This document shows positions 1 through 14,461 of a stretch of DNA of 64,000 nt, one piece after another. The DNA lies in NCBI GenBank assembly GCA_965178125.1, contig OZ237775.1, positions 372,001-436,000 on the forward strand, given 5' to 3'. The notes beneath the pieces were generated by a model that saw nothing but the letters and a program-made list of their open reading frames with translations, searched no databases and had not been told where the DNA came from. The position numbers and the translations under genes are program-made. This DNA comes from Bilabrum cf. latius (lineage: Eukaryota). The stretch's first letter is position 1, and each line of letters starts with the position of its first letter.

Positions 1-3000
1 ACCCACCAATGAATGCTAAGGATTGACCGAATCCTTCGAATGCCCCGGCCCCAGTCGCACGAGCTGCCAGCGCTGCTTCTCTTCCCAGGCCCCTGCTTGC
101 AACCCACCCCGGCACACCACGAAGACCTGCGTGATTCACTGCTGGTGCAATGGCATTGACATGCAGTACGCGCGCCTAGATATTGCCAGACTCTCCAAAG
201 GTGGGTAGCACATCTGCTAGCACGACCCGGCCCTACCCCTCGAATGCACCGGGGGCACCAATGGCGAGAATGATCCGGCCATCTGCTCCTGCTGGCCGTT
301 CACCAGACAGTGAAGCCCTCGGAAGCACAGACAAGCTTGCACCAAACATGTAACTCTCGCTGGCGCACCCCAGCACTCCAGACATGATCTAGAATCCACT
401 GCAATCAGTTGCTTCTAGCCGAGCCACAGACACAACTGGCTACTGCGAGTCTAGCGAGCTTCCAACGCCGTCGAACTTGGACCGAGGAGAACTATCGACT
501 GAAAACGAGAGCCTCAAAGCCATAATCTCGACAACTCCTTTCTGCGAATCTTCCTTTGGAAGCCCAGTCGCTATCAAGTGCACCCCGCTTCTTGCCAGTG
601 GAGCAACTGCGCCGCCCGCGGCAGCGCTATAAATCGGATATGTCCTACCAAGGGAAGCCACCGAGGCGCCAAGCGACACATCGGTGGTCTTGATACTTAA
701 AGCGTTGTCAATTTCCGATGAGACAATGGAAGATGCCACCACCTGCACCTGGGGTGCCTTTAAGCCCTAGCCTGCACCCTCTTGGGTGTTAGTGATGAAA
801 ACAATCGCAATGGCACCCTAGCCGCCGGTTGCATCGACAGCTCCCTGCTTGAACAATGGTACACCCATGGCGACTGCTGTGACTGGCGCTAGCACGACAT
901 GCTTTTTGGTCGTGCCGCAGCTCTCGGACGGCATGGCAGGGAAGCCAGCGAGTGTCACCTCTGGCAAGGATCTAAACCTTGCGACATCCAATGCTCCTTC
1001 TTGGTTAAAGTACATGCTAGAGTTTTGATCGTCCGCCAGACAAGCCCCAAGGTACAGGCCACCGCCAAGGATATCGAGGGATGTCACAGATGCCCCATCG
1101 GTAGATTCCCATTCAGGGTTTGTGAGCTCTGTACGGTGGGATGCCGCAGCGTTGATGGCTGGTGCCAGGGACACGCCAGCAACAGGCTGTGCGCTGGAAA
1201 TCGTGCCACTAGAGCTGCGTAGGCCGTGCACGAACGGTGACGATAGCAGCAATGGCTTTCCATTTGACTCGGCAGCTGACATGATCGTTGATGCTCCTGA
1301 TTGCGTACTTGATGCGGGTCGCAGTCCAGAAGAGTTGGCATTGCTGCCAAGCGCGCCCTGCAGGCCCTAATCAGTGAGTGACGGGTGACTGCCGACACCG
1401 TATGACACACACCCTGAGCATACTGCCGTGACATGCCCAACCACCGCTGTCCTTCCGAAGAGAGAGGACCGCACCATTGACTGGCTGGAAGTATAACCGG
1501 AGGAGCCAGTCGGCTAGCCTGATGTAGATGCACCCACGTCACACACTGGACTATCGGCGGGAATGGCAAGTCCACGCAGCAAGCTAGCAGCCTATTGCGC
1601 AGTCATGTCCGCCCACCCGGCGCTGCATCCATCCAGTACAATCGAGTACGTCACCTCAACATCGGTTGAGCTGCTGCTGCCAACTGGCACGGACGGAGCA
1701 CCTGGCGAGCCCAGGCACGTCACCCATGCCAGTGACTCAGGCCCTCCTCGAGGCATGCCCGATTGGAATCGCCCCATCGCGCCCACCTAGCACGGCGTCC
1801 CTCCGATCCTAATGCTCTCAAGCACAGCCCTCGCCCTCCTGGTGCCGATCGCCCCATCCGTTTGCACAGCACCACGACCGATAGAATCCGTCTCGTTCTA
1901 AACCAGCACGGGCGGCCAAATTCGCTGCATCGACTGCGACGCAAGCTCAGCACCTTGAACTTGACGTGACCCTTGGCCGTGGATGGCAGCCAGCAGCGGA
2001 ATGGTCGGTCCTGTCGGCGTGCCTTCTTGCATCGGGTGCAGTGGCACTCCCGCAGGAACATCGACCACAACATCGAGATTGCCTGCCTCCACTCCTGGTG
2101 GAAGTCGAAGGGCGAACACCGCCCCTGACACCCGGGACGACCACTCCAGCATGCTGGCGTCCGTGTCAACTCGTATACCACCCGGCTGAGCGCCACCCAG
2201 CAACTGCTCCACCTGCCTTGCACTCGCCAGCGCGCCCTCTGTCACGTTAGGAATGCCTGCACCTCCTGGGTGCAGCACGACATTTGTATCACCCAAGCCA
2301 TTGATTGAGGAGTGTGAATCGCCAGACTAGAATGGTCGAGTCAGCGTCGGCATCACGTCCTCCTCATACGGGACTCCTGCCGCAAGAGCAGACAGGGACC
2401 TCAGCCGGTGCATGAGCTTGGCTAGCACTGCTGGGGAGAGTGGAGGCTCCCCTTCGTGCAGTGCATTTAATTGCTGCATTGCCTTGCTATCGTCATATTC
2501 TGAGGATGCCTGCACTGCATTGACACGCTGAAGCTTGGCTTGCAGGAGCAGAGAGGCCGCGTATCCAGTAGCATCATCAATTCCGATAGACATGGGGGCC
2601 ACATCGGCTGGATGTAGAAGCGATGACAAGCAATTGCTACTAAGGTATCGCCCTGCTGCAGCCAGTGGGGTCGAGTTGTCTTCGAGCACTGCCAACACCT
2701 CTGTCGGCGTGCAAGCATCTGACACTCCGCGGCGACGTGCAGGTCCGAATTCGTCGCGATGCAATGCATCCCATACTGTATCGTTCGCCTGCATTGCCAT
2801 CTGAAGCCTCAGCGGCGAGTATGCAGCCTCACTGCTGCTGGGCAGAGCAGACCCGCTGTAGTGGTCGGGGTGGCAGTGCGAGCTGAACTGCCGCAGGTTC
2901 TCCGCAGATGCCACAGAGCAAGAGGAAATCATTCCTTTACCTGCAAGAGCGATCGTGCCTGCATCCCTGCCGCCTCCAAGCCAGAAGAATCCGCGCCGTG

Positions 3001-5956
3001 GCGATGCTCCAGTGGTTGCGGCTAGGGAGCCTGAAGAGCCGCCACTGATGGTCCAAGGCAGTGCAACTGCCGCCGCTGCCGAGCTGCCTCGTTGGTTGGA
3101 GCTATCCGACTCATTGCGGAGGAACGAAAGTGCACCGCCCGACACATTGAGCACTGGATTTACCAGCACTTCAGAATAGCGCCTCACCGCAGTGCTGCAG
3201 GCCATGGGCCCGCCGATCGATCGGGAATGCCCGGGAGACTGACCGCCAGCTGCTAGGGGCAGGTGGCGACTCATCCAAGCACCCAATTCTCCGCTCCGAC
3301 ACCTGGAACCAGCATGAGAAGTTCCCTTTGAAGCCGCGTCTTCCGTGTGCTTCAGTGGGATGATCAGGTCGAGAGACCCGGTGCCTGGCACGCCTTGTGA
3401 CTCCCAGGCGGATCGCAGCAGAGGCAGCGCCATCCTGCCGTCTGTCGTGCCCCCTTCAGGGTCATCCTGCTGTGCACCTGTAGATACGTTCAGGTCTACT
3501 TCACCGATTCTGTACGTGCTCCAGGCCATGCCTTCATCGGGTACCGCCATGCGAGGACTCAGCACATCCTCGGTCAATATGGAGGCGCGAGCGAGATCTG
3601 ACGCTGCCCCTGAGCGGGCTTCAACAGCTGGGCCAAGCTCAGCAAGCGGCGAAACTTCGGCGATCCACTTGATTGCAGCCCGACGAAGACCACCCAGGCC
3701 GATGCTGCCGACTGAAGCAATCGGCTTCACGTGCTTTGCCGCGTCATTCAGGTCCTTGTGGATAGGACGCAAGCAAATTGCGTTGAAGGACGTCGGGAGC
3801 CCGCCCAGCGCTCTCTTCTGCTGCCAGCGGATTCCAGATATCTAGCTGCCAGTTTTCAATGCATCCTGCATGACCCATGATCGAGCAGCACCGAACGCGT
3901 TGGATGGACGCGTTTCATCACTCTCCCTCGACCACAGGTCTAGGCCTACTGGGTGCGAGCCAGGCTGCAGGGAGCCATCACCCAATCGCATGAACGGCGC
4001 TGCGTCGCTCTCAGAGGTAATACCGAGCAGAGAAAGACCCGTTGTTGAGATTTCCTCGATCTGGACGGCCCCTTGGATGGTCCGGGGGGCAGCCAGCTCA
4101 CCCTCGAGGGGGTCCGCACGAGTTCCAAGGCAATCTGCAGCAGCGGCATCTCGACTCTCAGCGGAAGAATACTCCATCACAACAGCACACTTCCCGACAT
4201 CTTCGGCCCAGACGTGGGTGTTGTTCGTGGGCGTGCTGCTCTTTGATGGCGCCACGTTGCAGTGGAGCGGTGGCTGGTCTGGTAGGTCGTGCTGTGTGCC
4301 CTGCACTGCGAGCAGCACCCTGCCGTCCAGCAGGCCTGTGGGATCATCGACGTTCTACGCGAAACTGTCCGATGTGTTTTGGGATAGTGACTCGACTCCT
4401 AGTTTGAAGACGTTGTGACCAAAACCCTTGACCACGCGGTCTCCCCACCTGGATGCCTGGGGGACGCGCTGCTGGCTGCTGGTGTCCCCTCCATCGAGCT
4501 CGGAGGCTGCAGGGGCAACGACAAAAGGAGACAAGATGTAGCCGTCCTTTCGGACCGGTGGCGCACGAATGATCTCCGCTGCTGCCACTGCAAAGGCCCC
4601 ACCTGCCGATTCTCCGCCATTGGCAGGACGCAAAGAGCGCGGAACAGCCACGATCGAGGCGATGACGACTGCGCCTGCCCCGTAATCGAGCCCGGGGGCA
4701 CCGATCGCGACAACCATATGATTCATGCACGCGATGCCTGCCCCGAGATGGAACAAATCCCCGCACTTGCCCTCCCACCGACCAGACCCCCTCGCCAGGG
4801 GGCCCGTCTCGAGCACCGCCACGGACGTTCCAAGCGCAGCACCGTCCTGGCCCAGCTCGGCAGGGAACCCCCCTCTCCCGCCCACGGATAGCCTGGCAGA
4901 TGCAACCACATGCTAGCCCCGAAATGAGTCGCTGCATCCGAACTCGGTACTTGCACTTGGTTCCGTGGAAAACTGGGCTCGGGCAGCCTGCGACACATCG
5001 CTGCAAGGCGAATCGTCCGAGCCGTCATGGAAAGCAAGAATGGCAACAGCACCGGTGGCAACTCCACTGTAAGAAATTGAACCAACGAATCCTTCTGGGC
5101 CAAGGTCTGGGATCGATTCTGCTTTCGCTCCAGGCATGCCGACAGCCATTGCTCGCAATTTGGGTGTAAAGTCCTCTGCTGGACCAGTGCTAGAAAGACC
5201 ACGTGGCTGCAGCTTTTCAGCGAATCCAGGGCTCAAAACACCTGCGTATGCTATCGAAGCCCCGAACTAGTCGCCATCGGTGCACATTTGGTCCGGAATA
5301 CCACTATAGCCGGGCTGGAGCACCGCGGAAGGTCTGACGCCAACGCCTGCTTGACTGCCGCCTAGAGGAGCCAACTCAAGAAGCAGTACGGCACCTGGTC
5401 GAGACATGTGGGATTGGGAGCCTGGCAAAGTTATAGTCTATTGCGGTACTGGGGCCCTTGGCATACCGATAGACAAGATTTGCCCTGGCGCTCCACTGGT
5501 AGACGTCAGACCACCAAGGAACCGAGTGAGCCTCTCTCCCTCCTCCACAGTCAGCAGATTGGTAGAACTAGAATTGCAACCGCGACGAATCGGAACATTT
5601 CCAGCCCAAGCTAGGCTAGTTGCCACGGAAAGTGCTGGCTAGTCAGTCCGAATAGTAGCATGTTCGCAGACAGCTGCAAGCTGAGCTGGGAGCTGCGTGG
5701 CAGTGATTGGCGCAGGGAAAACGTTTGTATCCCTGCATGAAGCCTGTAGGATTCCGTAGAACGCTTGAGCCGCCTTCAGATTTTGTTCTCGTGGATGAAG
5801 CAAACGAACACTGAGCAAATTGCTGGCACTTGCCAACACGAACACACTCGAAATAGTCCACAGTTGTACGTTGATCATCATTCGTTGTTGCACTTTAAAA
5901 TTGCCTGGTCGATCTAACTTCTCAGGTTGCGGCTGGGGCGATTTCGTCAACTTCAT
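1..5956 (-). CDS. Very large, probably secreted FG-GAP/integrin-alpha-like repeat protein (>1950 aa; 3' end runs off the window); read with TAG=Gln
   Basis: ORF fragments 5639..5956, 5438.., 4913.., 4355.., 3842.., 2327.., 1898.., 1592.., 818.. and 440.. share one frame and each ends in TAG. No in-frame TAA/TGA between 440 and position 2. Signal-peptide-like MMINVQLWTISSVFVLASA near 5880. FG-GAP-like motifs VAIGAPG, MAVGMPG, FGASLSVL, ILAIGAPG. Confidence 0.6.
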
Positions 5957-6314
5957 GCTCTCAGGGTCCTAGGCGGGAATATGATATATTTTCCAAAAGT
6001 ATACGCTATCGGAATATGCATCAGCCCTGCAGGCCTTGCTTTGAATAGTTAATGACATGAGCGTAGATGTGCGCACCTGAGCTTTTCATGGTAGTAATAC
6101 CAGCGAGTTTACCCGTTGTCATTGCCAGTGGTCGCATGGGGGCCTTGGTCGCTGCCAGTGGTCGCGTCCGGATCAACAGTTGCGACCAACAATCGTAGGT
6201 CTAAACAAAGCTATCTTGCAAAAGGCTGAACTTTTGAGAAGAAGACTAGATCAAAACCACTCTGATATCAACACCGAGCCGCATCGAGCAACCGGATAGA
6301 TGCTCGAGTTAGTC

Positions 6315-8353
6315 TTAGTCATCGTCATCATCCTCGTCGTCCTCCACGATGACTGCATTCTCCACGATGTCGCGGAGAGCCGCAAGCTCCTTGGCCGCCT
6401 TGGCAGCCGCCTCCTCCTTGGACAGGCCCTCATCCCTCATAATCTTCGAGGCCGTGCGGATCATTGCCTTGCTGGCCGACCTCTGCACCACCAGGCGCTG
6501 CACGTGAGCGGCGAGCTCAGGCTGCAGCACCTTAAGCAGCTCAATCCCGCGCCACTGCATCTGCCCGTCTTCTATTAGGCGGGCCAGCGCCGAGCGGACG
6601 ATTCCCACGCCGCCAGCCGCCTTCACGCGGGCCAGGCACTCCTCTGCAAAATAAATTAAATAAATACAGATAAGCAACTTCTGTCGCAATCGAGGCGGAG
6701 GCGGCGGCTTTGGAGTGCTCGTGTGACAGGAATCGATATGACGCAGGGCTGCGGCCTGGAAAAGCCCCGTACAAATGGTGGCGCATCCGATGATAACGCG
6801 TTGAATCTCACCATTTTTGCACAGAGATAGCAGCAGCTGAGTGCCCCTAGTTTGCACCTGATAGTCTCCGTCGCAACGCGTCATGCCCAGGCAGACGGCC
6901 TCGCAGGCGCCTTCCTCTGCCAGCTTGTCGGGGTATGCGGAGCTCAGGGCAGTGAGCGCGGTCAGCCTGGGGTGGTAGGAATAGAAATAGGAAGACGAGA
7001 CGAGGAGTAGATAGGTCATACACGATGCGGCTGCACGTGGTGACGGCTAGCTACACGCTGTGCGATGCAGACTGGCATGCTATAGCAAACGAAGGAACAG
7101 GCTGAGGCAAACCGGGCGGAGGCTGTACATGCCAGCCAGTCGGACACACTCGTCACACAGTCTCACCCCCGCGCCTGGATTTCGGGCACCCACGAGTGCC
7201 TCTGCATCGCGAACACGGTTTTGCCGATGCCTCCGGCGTCCTGAGCGGGAAAGAAAGAAAGAAGAGCTCAGAGCGAAAGACGAATAAGACGTACGTGGAA
7301 GCTCGCGAACAAAGCTGGCCAAGCGGTGAACCGCGATGCAATGCATTGCACTGCACTCACCACGAACTCTTTGCAGGCGTCCTCGTCCCCTGTCAGCATT
7401 GTTGAGAACGCGTCCAGGGTCCACAGAAGAACCTCCTGGCTTCTAGCACGCTCCAGCATGAAGGTAATGAGCGCCTTGGGTCCGGATTTCATCACCTCGG
7501 CCACCTGGGCCGAGACGCCGTGCTTCCCCGGAATGTTCCCGAGGGCGATTTCCTTGGCCTTTCCGGCCTTGACCGCCCCACGCAGCATGCCCCATGTCTT
7601 CTTCTTTGCAACCAGCGTGGCCGCAGCGGCCTGGTCCGCTCCGCTGAGGCCCCGAATCGCCTCTAGCACTTGCCCGGCCCTGAAGGCGAGCATTGCGTCC
7701 TGAGCGTGCTGCTCGACGATCCCAGTGAGGACTTCGGCTGCCTCCGCCGCGAATGCTCGCAGAAGGTTATCTCGTGTTCCTTTCGGGGCATCGCCGTCGG
7801 TGGATCCGAATGTTCCGGTCAGGCGCTCGAGGCACTTGACGCCGTCCGTCGCAGCCTGGTGGTCGTCGGGGTTAGAGCGAATCCCGCGCACAACCTGCTC
7901 CACGATGCCAGCCGCTCCCAGCTCCGTGGCAAACGCCCCAGAAAGCTTTGCAATCAGGCGGAAAGCGCGAGACTGGACGGTGCTGTTCCATTGGTACAGC
8001 CTCAGCGCGCTTTCCAACGTCTTGACTGCATCAGCTTTCATGGCAGCCTCCTCTTCCGCGTCATTGTCGCCAACAGTCTACTCTAATGCTTCCAGTCCAG
8101 CGATGACTGCTTCCTGGCTTCCCATTTTGGACTCGATGCACGCAACAAGCGCAGCGCCACCCGCTTTCGATGCGGTCTCGACTGCCAGCAAATTCTCGTC
8201 TGGGCCGTCTCCAGCTGCACCGCCACCGGGGCCGGACATAGCCACAGGCTTTTCAACTGCTGATGCTCCTGCTACAGAGGCCTGCGAACGCAATTATATG
8301 ACGCAAAGAGGCCTACTAACCTCACATATCGGGTGCTTATCAAGACGCTCCAT
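6315..8353 (-). CDS. ARM/HEAT-like helical repeat protein with acidic tail, paralogue A (multi-exon)
   Basis: Exon peptides match the 14462..16700 gene (GNIPGKHGVSAQVAEVMKSGP; DYQVQTRGTQLL; QMQWRGIELLK). GT-AG introns near 8282-8320, ~7240-7367 and others. One in-frame TAG at 8078. Ends TAA at 6315. Start codon uncertain. Confidence 0.65.
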
Positions 8354-8818
8354 AGCACCCAGCTGTGGGGCAGCAACATGGCACATCCGCAGCAGTAGTC
8401 TAGATTGGACATGATAATCCACAAGAGCGAAATAAACAAACGATTTGGAGGCATTGTGGCTAATTGATCGCTGTTGCTGCCTCACCATTCTTCAATCTCG
8501 AAATTCAGGATCGCTTTGTGGTAGCACTGCTGGGAAAGCCGTACTGTGCTTATCAATGTTTAATCAACAAATTTTCGCTTGCTTACGCGTGCAGTCCCCG
8601 CTTATCGCAAGTAGCCCTATGCGAACCGGTTTCGTGCTTTTTGGTCGGGTCGCTGTTTTGGTCGCAAATGGCCACTGGCAGTCGTCCAGTCGCCAAGCAA
8701 GAAAGCAAGCACTTCGATTCGAGGCACTTCAATCCGGTGGCTATGAGAATCAAATATTTTACTCGCACGAAGACGAGTGGAAATCCGACACAAGTGTGCA
8801 CTGAGTAATGTATCAATC

Positions 8819-11800
8819 TCAAAGCCTGAGCCTCCTGCCAGAAGCCGCTGCCCGCCCGGAGCTGCCAGCGGAACGAGAGACGCGAGCCAGCCCATCCATT
8901 CCGGCACTTGCACCTGCACCGCTTCCATCCGAAGCCTGTCTGGCAAAACCCCCGTAGGAGCGGCCAGCCCAGAGAGTTGTCTCAGGTGGTGAACGTCCTA
9001 CCCGCCTCCCATCCCCTCGGAGGTGCTCCCTTGAATGCTCTGAGTTATCCAGCCCCATCTGAACCTTCTCCGGCGAATGGTTTTGCTTCTACAGCATCGT
9101 GACGAGTGCAGATTCCGCCGTTCGAGTGTTTCGAATGTCCCGCGCCTGGGACATGGTCAGCGGGTCGAATTCAGAACCACCACTACCTCCCCAACCCATG
9201 CCATTGGACAGCTGCACCTCCTCTTGCACCCCACGGGCGGCGCGGCGACCCTCAGCGAACCTTCGCTAGAGAACCTCGTGAGCCACCCGCGCGCGATGGG
9301 CGGCGCCAGTGCGACCGTCCCCGTCGCGTTGGAGCCAGCGCTCCCTTGCTTCCATCACCAGCCAGGAAGGAGCCCACCCCTGGGGGAGCGAACCTTCCTT
9401 CCGGGGTCGGTTGCCCGACCACTCGCACGCGTGAAGCAGGAGCACCCGCGCGCTGATCTAGGCTGGAAGCGCAGGCCTAGAGGGCTGCATGCAGCGAACG
9501 TTCCTAGCAAGTTCGGCGTGGACCTGGAGCTCCAGGGGGTCAGTGGGGGCTCTGTCAATCCATGACTAGGGACTGTGTGACGAGTGCATGCCCTCGTCCA
9601 CTCGCTCCTCTTGACCACTGCTGCTCATGCCAGCACTGCCGCTGCTATTTGTTGCTCCGGATTGCTGCAGCGCATGGCTGACGGCACTCGACAAAAAAGT
9701 GGCAGCACCGCCAGCCCACGCCGGTGTTGCAGGGTACTCTCCAGAGCCAAAGCCTTCCAGCACACCGTGTGTGACGAGTATTATATCCCTCTGTCTGTCC
9801 AGGATGGCGTGCAGCAATGCCTATCCACCCGGCATCTCTGCCACAATGCAGTGCACCCCATCGTGCTTCCCTGGCAGACTGCCTCCAATCCTGGCGAGCT
9901 TCCACAGGCCCGCCGACATGCTTCCAGCGGGGAAGGGGCAGCGCTCAACTGCTCTTGCTCTTGCCCTTGCGCTCTCGTCAGGGCCCAGCGGGCCACTGAA
10001 GCCATCCCCCCTGCCGAGCATTCTCCCCCGCGTGGGGTTAAAGAACTCCCGGGGGTCCCTCTTGCGGGGGGCTTCGCTCGTCACACCTTCAGCGGCAGCT
10101 GCAAGGCGGCATGCTGACGCAGGGCCCATCTCCTTGGAAAGAACACTGACAATCCGAGCTAACGGACTCTGCATTGGTGGCGCATGCGAATGCAAGCTTG
10201 CCTCCAGACCGAACTGAGGAGAGGGACTGGCACCGAAGCAACCGGTACCTGCATGCCAACCCCAACCTGAATCGTCCGTTATATTCTGCCCGACGGGTCG
10301 ACTGTATTGCCACCACGCCGAGTTCAGGGCCTCGCCCGACAGCTTCACAACCGCATCGCCGTTGCTACCTCGTGAGGTGTCATGGCCGCTGGCATTGCCC
10401 CAGCCACTTTCGGGTTCGGATCTCCTGCTTAGTCTGGCGTCCACGGCCCGTAGCAGGCTGGTGTCGGGCAGCACTCCCACTGACGGCCGCCGACTAACGG
10501 GGGGAAGCAGGCTCGCGATGACGCATCTGACGTCACTGCGGGCCGCAGCGTAATGCAATGGCAGGAACCCATCGTTGTCCCGGTGCCCAAGGCATGCGCT
10601 GTCGTGCTGCAGCAGCAGCAGAAGCACGTCGGTCGCCCCGCAAGCGGCAGCAACGTGGGCCGGGTTCAGACCCGCCAGGGAACAAGGCAGCCTCGAGGGG
10701 AGTCTTGCCTCCAAAATACGTGCCGTCGCCGAAGCGTTGCCGCATCTCGCAGCATAGTGCAGTGCAGTCTCGCCCTTGCTGTCCTGTGCGTCGATCAGCC
10801 AAGCAGCTCGCGTGTCGATCCTTGCCCTCCGAAGGAGTGCCAGGGCGCATGCGACGTGCCCGCCAACTAGGGAAGCCATGAGCGGTGAGGCCAATCGACG
10901 AACGACCTTACCTTGCTCGTCACACTCTTCACGTTTGGCCGGCGGGCCCCCGGCCTCGCTCGGTCCAATGCGTCCGCTGACAGCGTCCAACGCAGGGATA
11001 CCGACTCTGCCAGCGGCAGCTGCATCACGCATCAACCGGTTCTAATCCGATCCGATTCCCTTGTCTGTTCCCCAGGGAACAACGACGTCACCGGCGCAGA
11101 GAAGGTGTCCGCTCTGCAAACCCACCAATCGCCGCTGCACCGCCAACAGGCTGCCAGCCTTGGCCGCTTGGAACAGGGTAGCGGCAATGAGCGTGCGGTT
11201 TCTCGCGCGCCTGAACTCAACAATGGCCACCCTCTTGGTCGGGCTCGCAGGAAAACGAACGTTCGCGAACTCGCTGCCGCACCACCGGCTCAGTAGGCCC
11301 TGCAGCAGATTTGGCCGGCGCTCGCAGTACCTGATCGCCGACATGAAGCCGGGACTAAAGACGGGCACGCCGCACGAGGTCACTGGTTTCACTCGATCAC
11401 CCTGCGTTGCAGACGGACGGCGTCCTCCTGCCGCATATGCTGTCTTCGGGCCGCGGGCAGTCCGAGCACCCCAACCAGGTCCCGAGCTAGGGCTGCTTGC
11501 GCTCCCAAGGCGGGCATTGCCCTTTCGGCCGCTTATTCTTGCCAATATATCACGAATGGCCCGCGGGTCGTCTTTGATCCGATCACCCGGAATCGGAACT
11601 CGCCGGTCGTGAGCTTGCGCCGCGTCGTCGCGGGGCATCCCCCGTCTTAAAAAACCCTGCCGGTCGCGAACCATACTATCATGTATGTCAGAGCCACTTG
11701 GCGGTTGCTGCAGAGCTGTCGGAATGTATTCCGATGCTTCAGGACAATTTGTGAGTACCCTTGCCACCATGCTCTCCCAAATGAAGTCCTGGGATTCGAC

Positions 11801-13953
11801 AAACTCTGCAAACCAGCCGCGACAGTGCTCCGTCCCAACTAGCTCCTGAATCGCAGCTAGCTGCTCTGCGCGTGCCGATGCTGAGGCAGCAGCAGCAGCA
11901 GCGCTTGCACGAAGACTAGATTGATGGTCACTGGGGGAGGCACTGCCTTCTTCGCTGGCGCCGCCATCGAATCCCTTATCGCAACGGCTGGCTGGCGTCG
12001 GCCCAATGTTTACTGGAGTCGCGTGCCTGGGCCCAGATGGATTCGACGCTGTAGCGTGATCGGGCCAAAAATGGATTGCTCCAGGCGCGTGCCTAGGCCC
12101 AAAAGCGGCATCCCGAGGCTACCCACCCCTCCCATCCGCAGGCTACACGGACAACGCAATGTCATGAAGACCGTTAGTTCTTGCCAGGAACACGAGACCG
12201 GCAAGTTCAGCGTATTCGATTGCGTCCCTGCCACACTCATCCTTCACGTCCAACCGTGCACCATTTTGAAGCAGCATCATGACCCGGCCCGCCCGCCCAG
12301 ATGCGCAGGCAAGATGCATGGGTGTGATGCCGCCGCTTACAATCTGCGACAAAGAGCAATCGAAGGGCATGGGACGGAGCAGGAAAGGGTGCAACGGGAA
12401 GTAATTGACGAGCTGCCGGTGCCGGGCCAGGTGAACGGGTCTCCGCAAGCCCCAATTGCAATTTTGCGGCAAGTAGCGAAACAACCAAAATCAGGCCATT
12501 AAAAGGACATGACACACCACCAAGAAGGGAAAAACTCCCCCCAAAAAAAACTTACCGGTGCATTGGGATCGAAAGCACCAAGCTCCAGCAAGGCAGCCAA
12601 GGGACCGTCGACTTCCGATTCTCGGTCGCAAACCATATCCGGATCCGAGTCCCCATTTACGCTTGAATTGTCACGGCGATCGCTGAAGTTCGGCGGCTAC
12701 CAGATAATTTCCCAGATAGGTCTGGATGCAATAGGCGTCTGGCGGCGGGGGGCACCCCACGGTGCGGGGCCCGGTGGTGGGCTGGCTGCGCGCTCCTGCT
12801 GCGGCGTTGTCTTGTGGTGGGAGGCACCCCACGGTGCGGGGCCCGGTGGTGGGCTGGCTGCGCGCTCCTGCTGCTGCGGCGTTGTCTTGTGGTGGGAGGC
12901 ACCCCACGGTGCGGGGCCCGGTAGTGGGCTGGCTGCGCGCTCCTGCTGCTGCGGCGACGTCTGGCGGCGGGGGGCACCCCACGGTGCGGGGCCCGGTAGT
13001 GGGCTGGCTGCGCGCTCCTGCTGCTGCGGCGTTGTCTTGTGGTGGGAGGCACCCCACGGTGCGGGGCCCGGTGGTGGGCTGGCTGCGCGCTCTTGCTGCT
13101 GCGGCGTTGTCTTGTGGTGGGAGGCACCCCACGGTGCGGGGCCCGGTGGTGGGCTGGCTGCGCGCTCCTGCTGCTGCGGCGTTGTCTTGTGGTGGGAGGC
13201 ACCCCACGGTGCGGGGCCCGGTGGTGGGCTGGCTGCGCGCTCCTGCTGCTGCGCAGATTCATCCGTCAACCCACATTGTGGGGGGGACCATGGGCTGGTT
13301 GCGCGCTGCTGCGCAGATTCATCTGTCAACCCACGTAGAAGGGGGGACCATGGGCTGGTTGCGCGCTGCTGCTGCGATGGTCCCACGCCCGATGCTTCTT
13401 TCGCGACCTTCTTATCTGAGTCGGGAACCAAAATTCGAATGCTGGAGCTGGTTTTCATGCGCTGGTCGCTGGTGCCGTCGCCAGACTTTGCATCTGGCAC
13501 ATCATCCACAGTGTGCAAAGCTGCCTGAGCAGGTAGAAGCCGAGCAGCCTGATGAACCGGCTGGCTCAGCAACTCTCCAGATGATGCTATGCTCGATGGA
13601 CTCGAGGGACTCGAGGCGTGCGTGTGCGCCTGCCCTGACGTCGCTTGGGGACGGGCCTACCACAGGATCTGCGGCGGCGGCGGCACAGCAGCACCATCGG
13701 GTGATGATATCCTATCGTGTGAAGTGCCCTTAGCCTACCAACTGCTAAACACGTCCGGGTCTCCTTGTCCCTAGGCATCGTGGTATACGGATCCTTGGAG
13801 TGATCCGGTCTGTGACGGTCGCTTGTGCTCGGCGTCACGGTCCCATGGCTATTGACCTAAATTATGATTGTCGGGGGTTCGCTCCGGAGGCTGGAGAAGA
13901 TGGGAGTTGCCAGGCTCCAGCATAAATTCTTTCACATCTTCCAATCGAAGCAT
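8819..13953 (-). CDS. Large ankyrin-repeat protein with N-terminal Pro/Gln-rich tandem repeats; read with TAG=Gln
   Basis: Ankyrin motifs ITPMHLACASG, GETALHYAARCG, LNPAHVAAACG, FLPLHYAAA. Fragments 12143.., 11042.., 9821.., 9566.. and 8819.. share a frame; ends TGA at 8819. Intron ~12343-12555 (GTAAG donor). 5' end unresolved and may extend to ~14297. Confidence 0.65.
12739..13257. repeat. Coding minisatellite, 75-bp unit x ~7 (QQQERAASPPPGPAPWGASHHKTTP), followed by two shorter degenerate units
   Basis: gcaccccacggtgcggggccc recurs at 12752, 12824, 12899, 12974, 13049, 13124 and 13199. Confidence 0.95.
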
Positions 13954-14461
13954 CGGGTACGTACAAGCCAGCACTCCTGCCAAGCCGAGTGCATGTGCAC
14001 CACGCCCATTTATACCATTCTGCACATGGACACGCAAGCAAATGGAGATGCTCACATTCAATCAACAGAGGTACCAAAGCCTTGTTGGGTGGGTGGCTTT
14101 ATGCACAGTGGGCTCACATCGTTCTTTTCAGGCTTCAACATGAGTTTAGCTACCACCCGAGTCATGGAATACGATCCATAAATAACTGCCCTGCACATCG
14201 TGGTGCTGCGATGGTAGGGGGATGAGCTACTTGCGTATACGTTTGGTACAAGATCCATCCACATCTCTACTACAAGCTGACGAATTTTCGGTACCATATC
14301 TCTGACCCATCTGTCTGCATATTTGTAAACTAATAAACTCCTAAAGAATCCGACTTATTCGTGAAAACGACTTGTTCGAGATGCAAGAACGAGGAAATAG
14401 ATCGGCGCCGCGCATTCACCAGCCATGGGCCGGTTCCGCTAAAGACGGTCAAGCTAGCTGG

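Noticed and set aside
12739-13257. CRISPR-like array
   Set aside because: Units repeat in full with no unique spacers, are multiples of 3 and lie within a coding exon; no cas genes.
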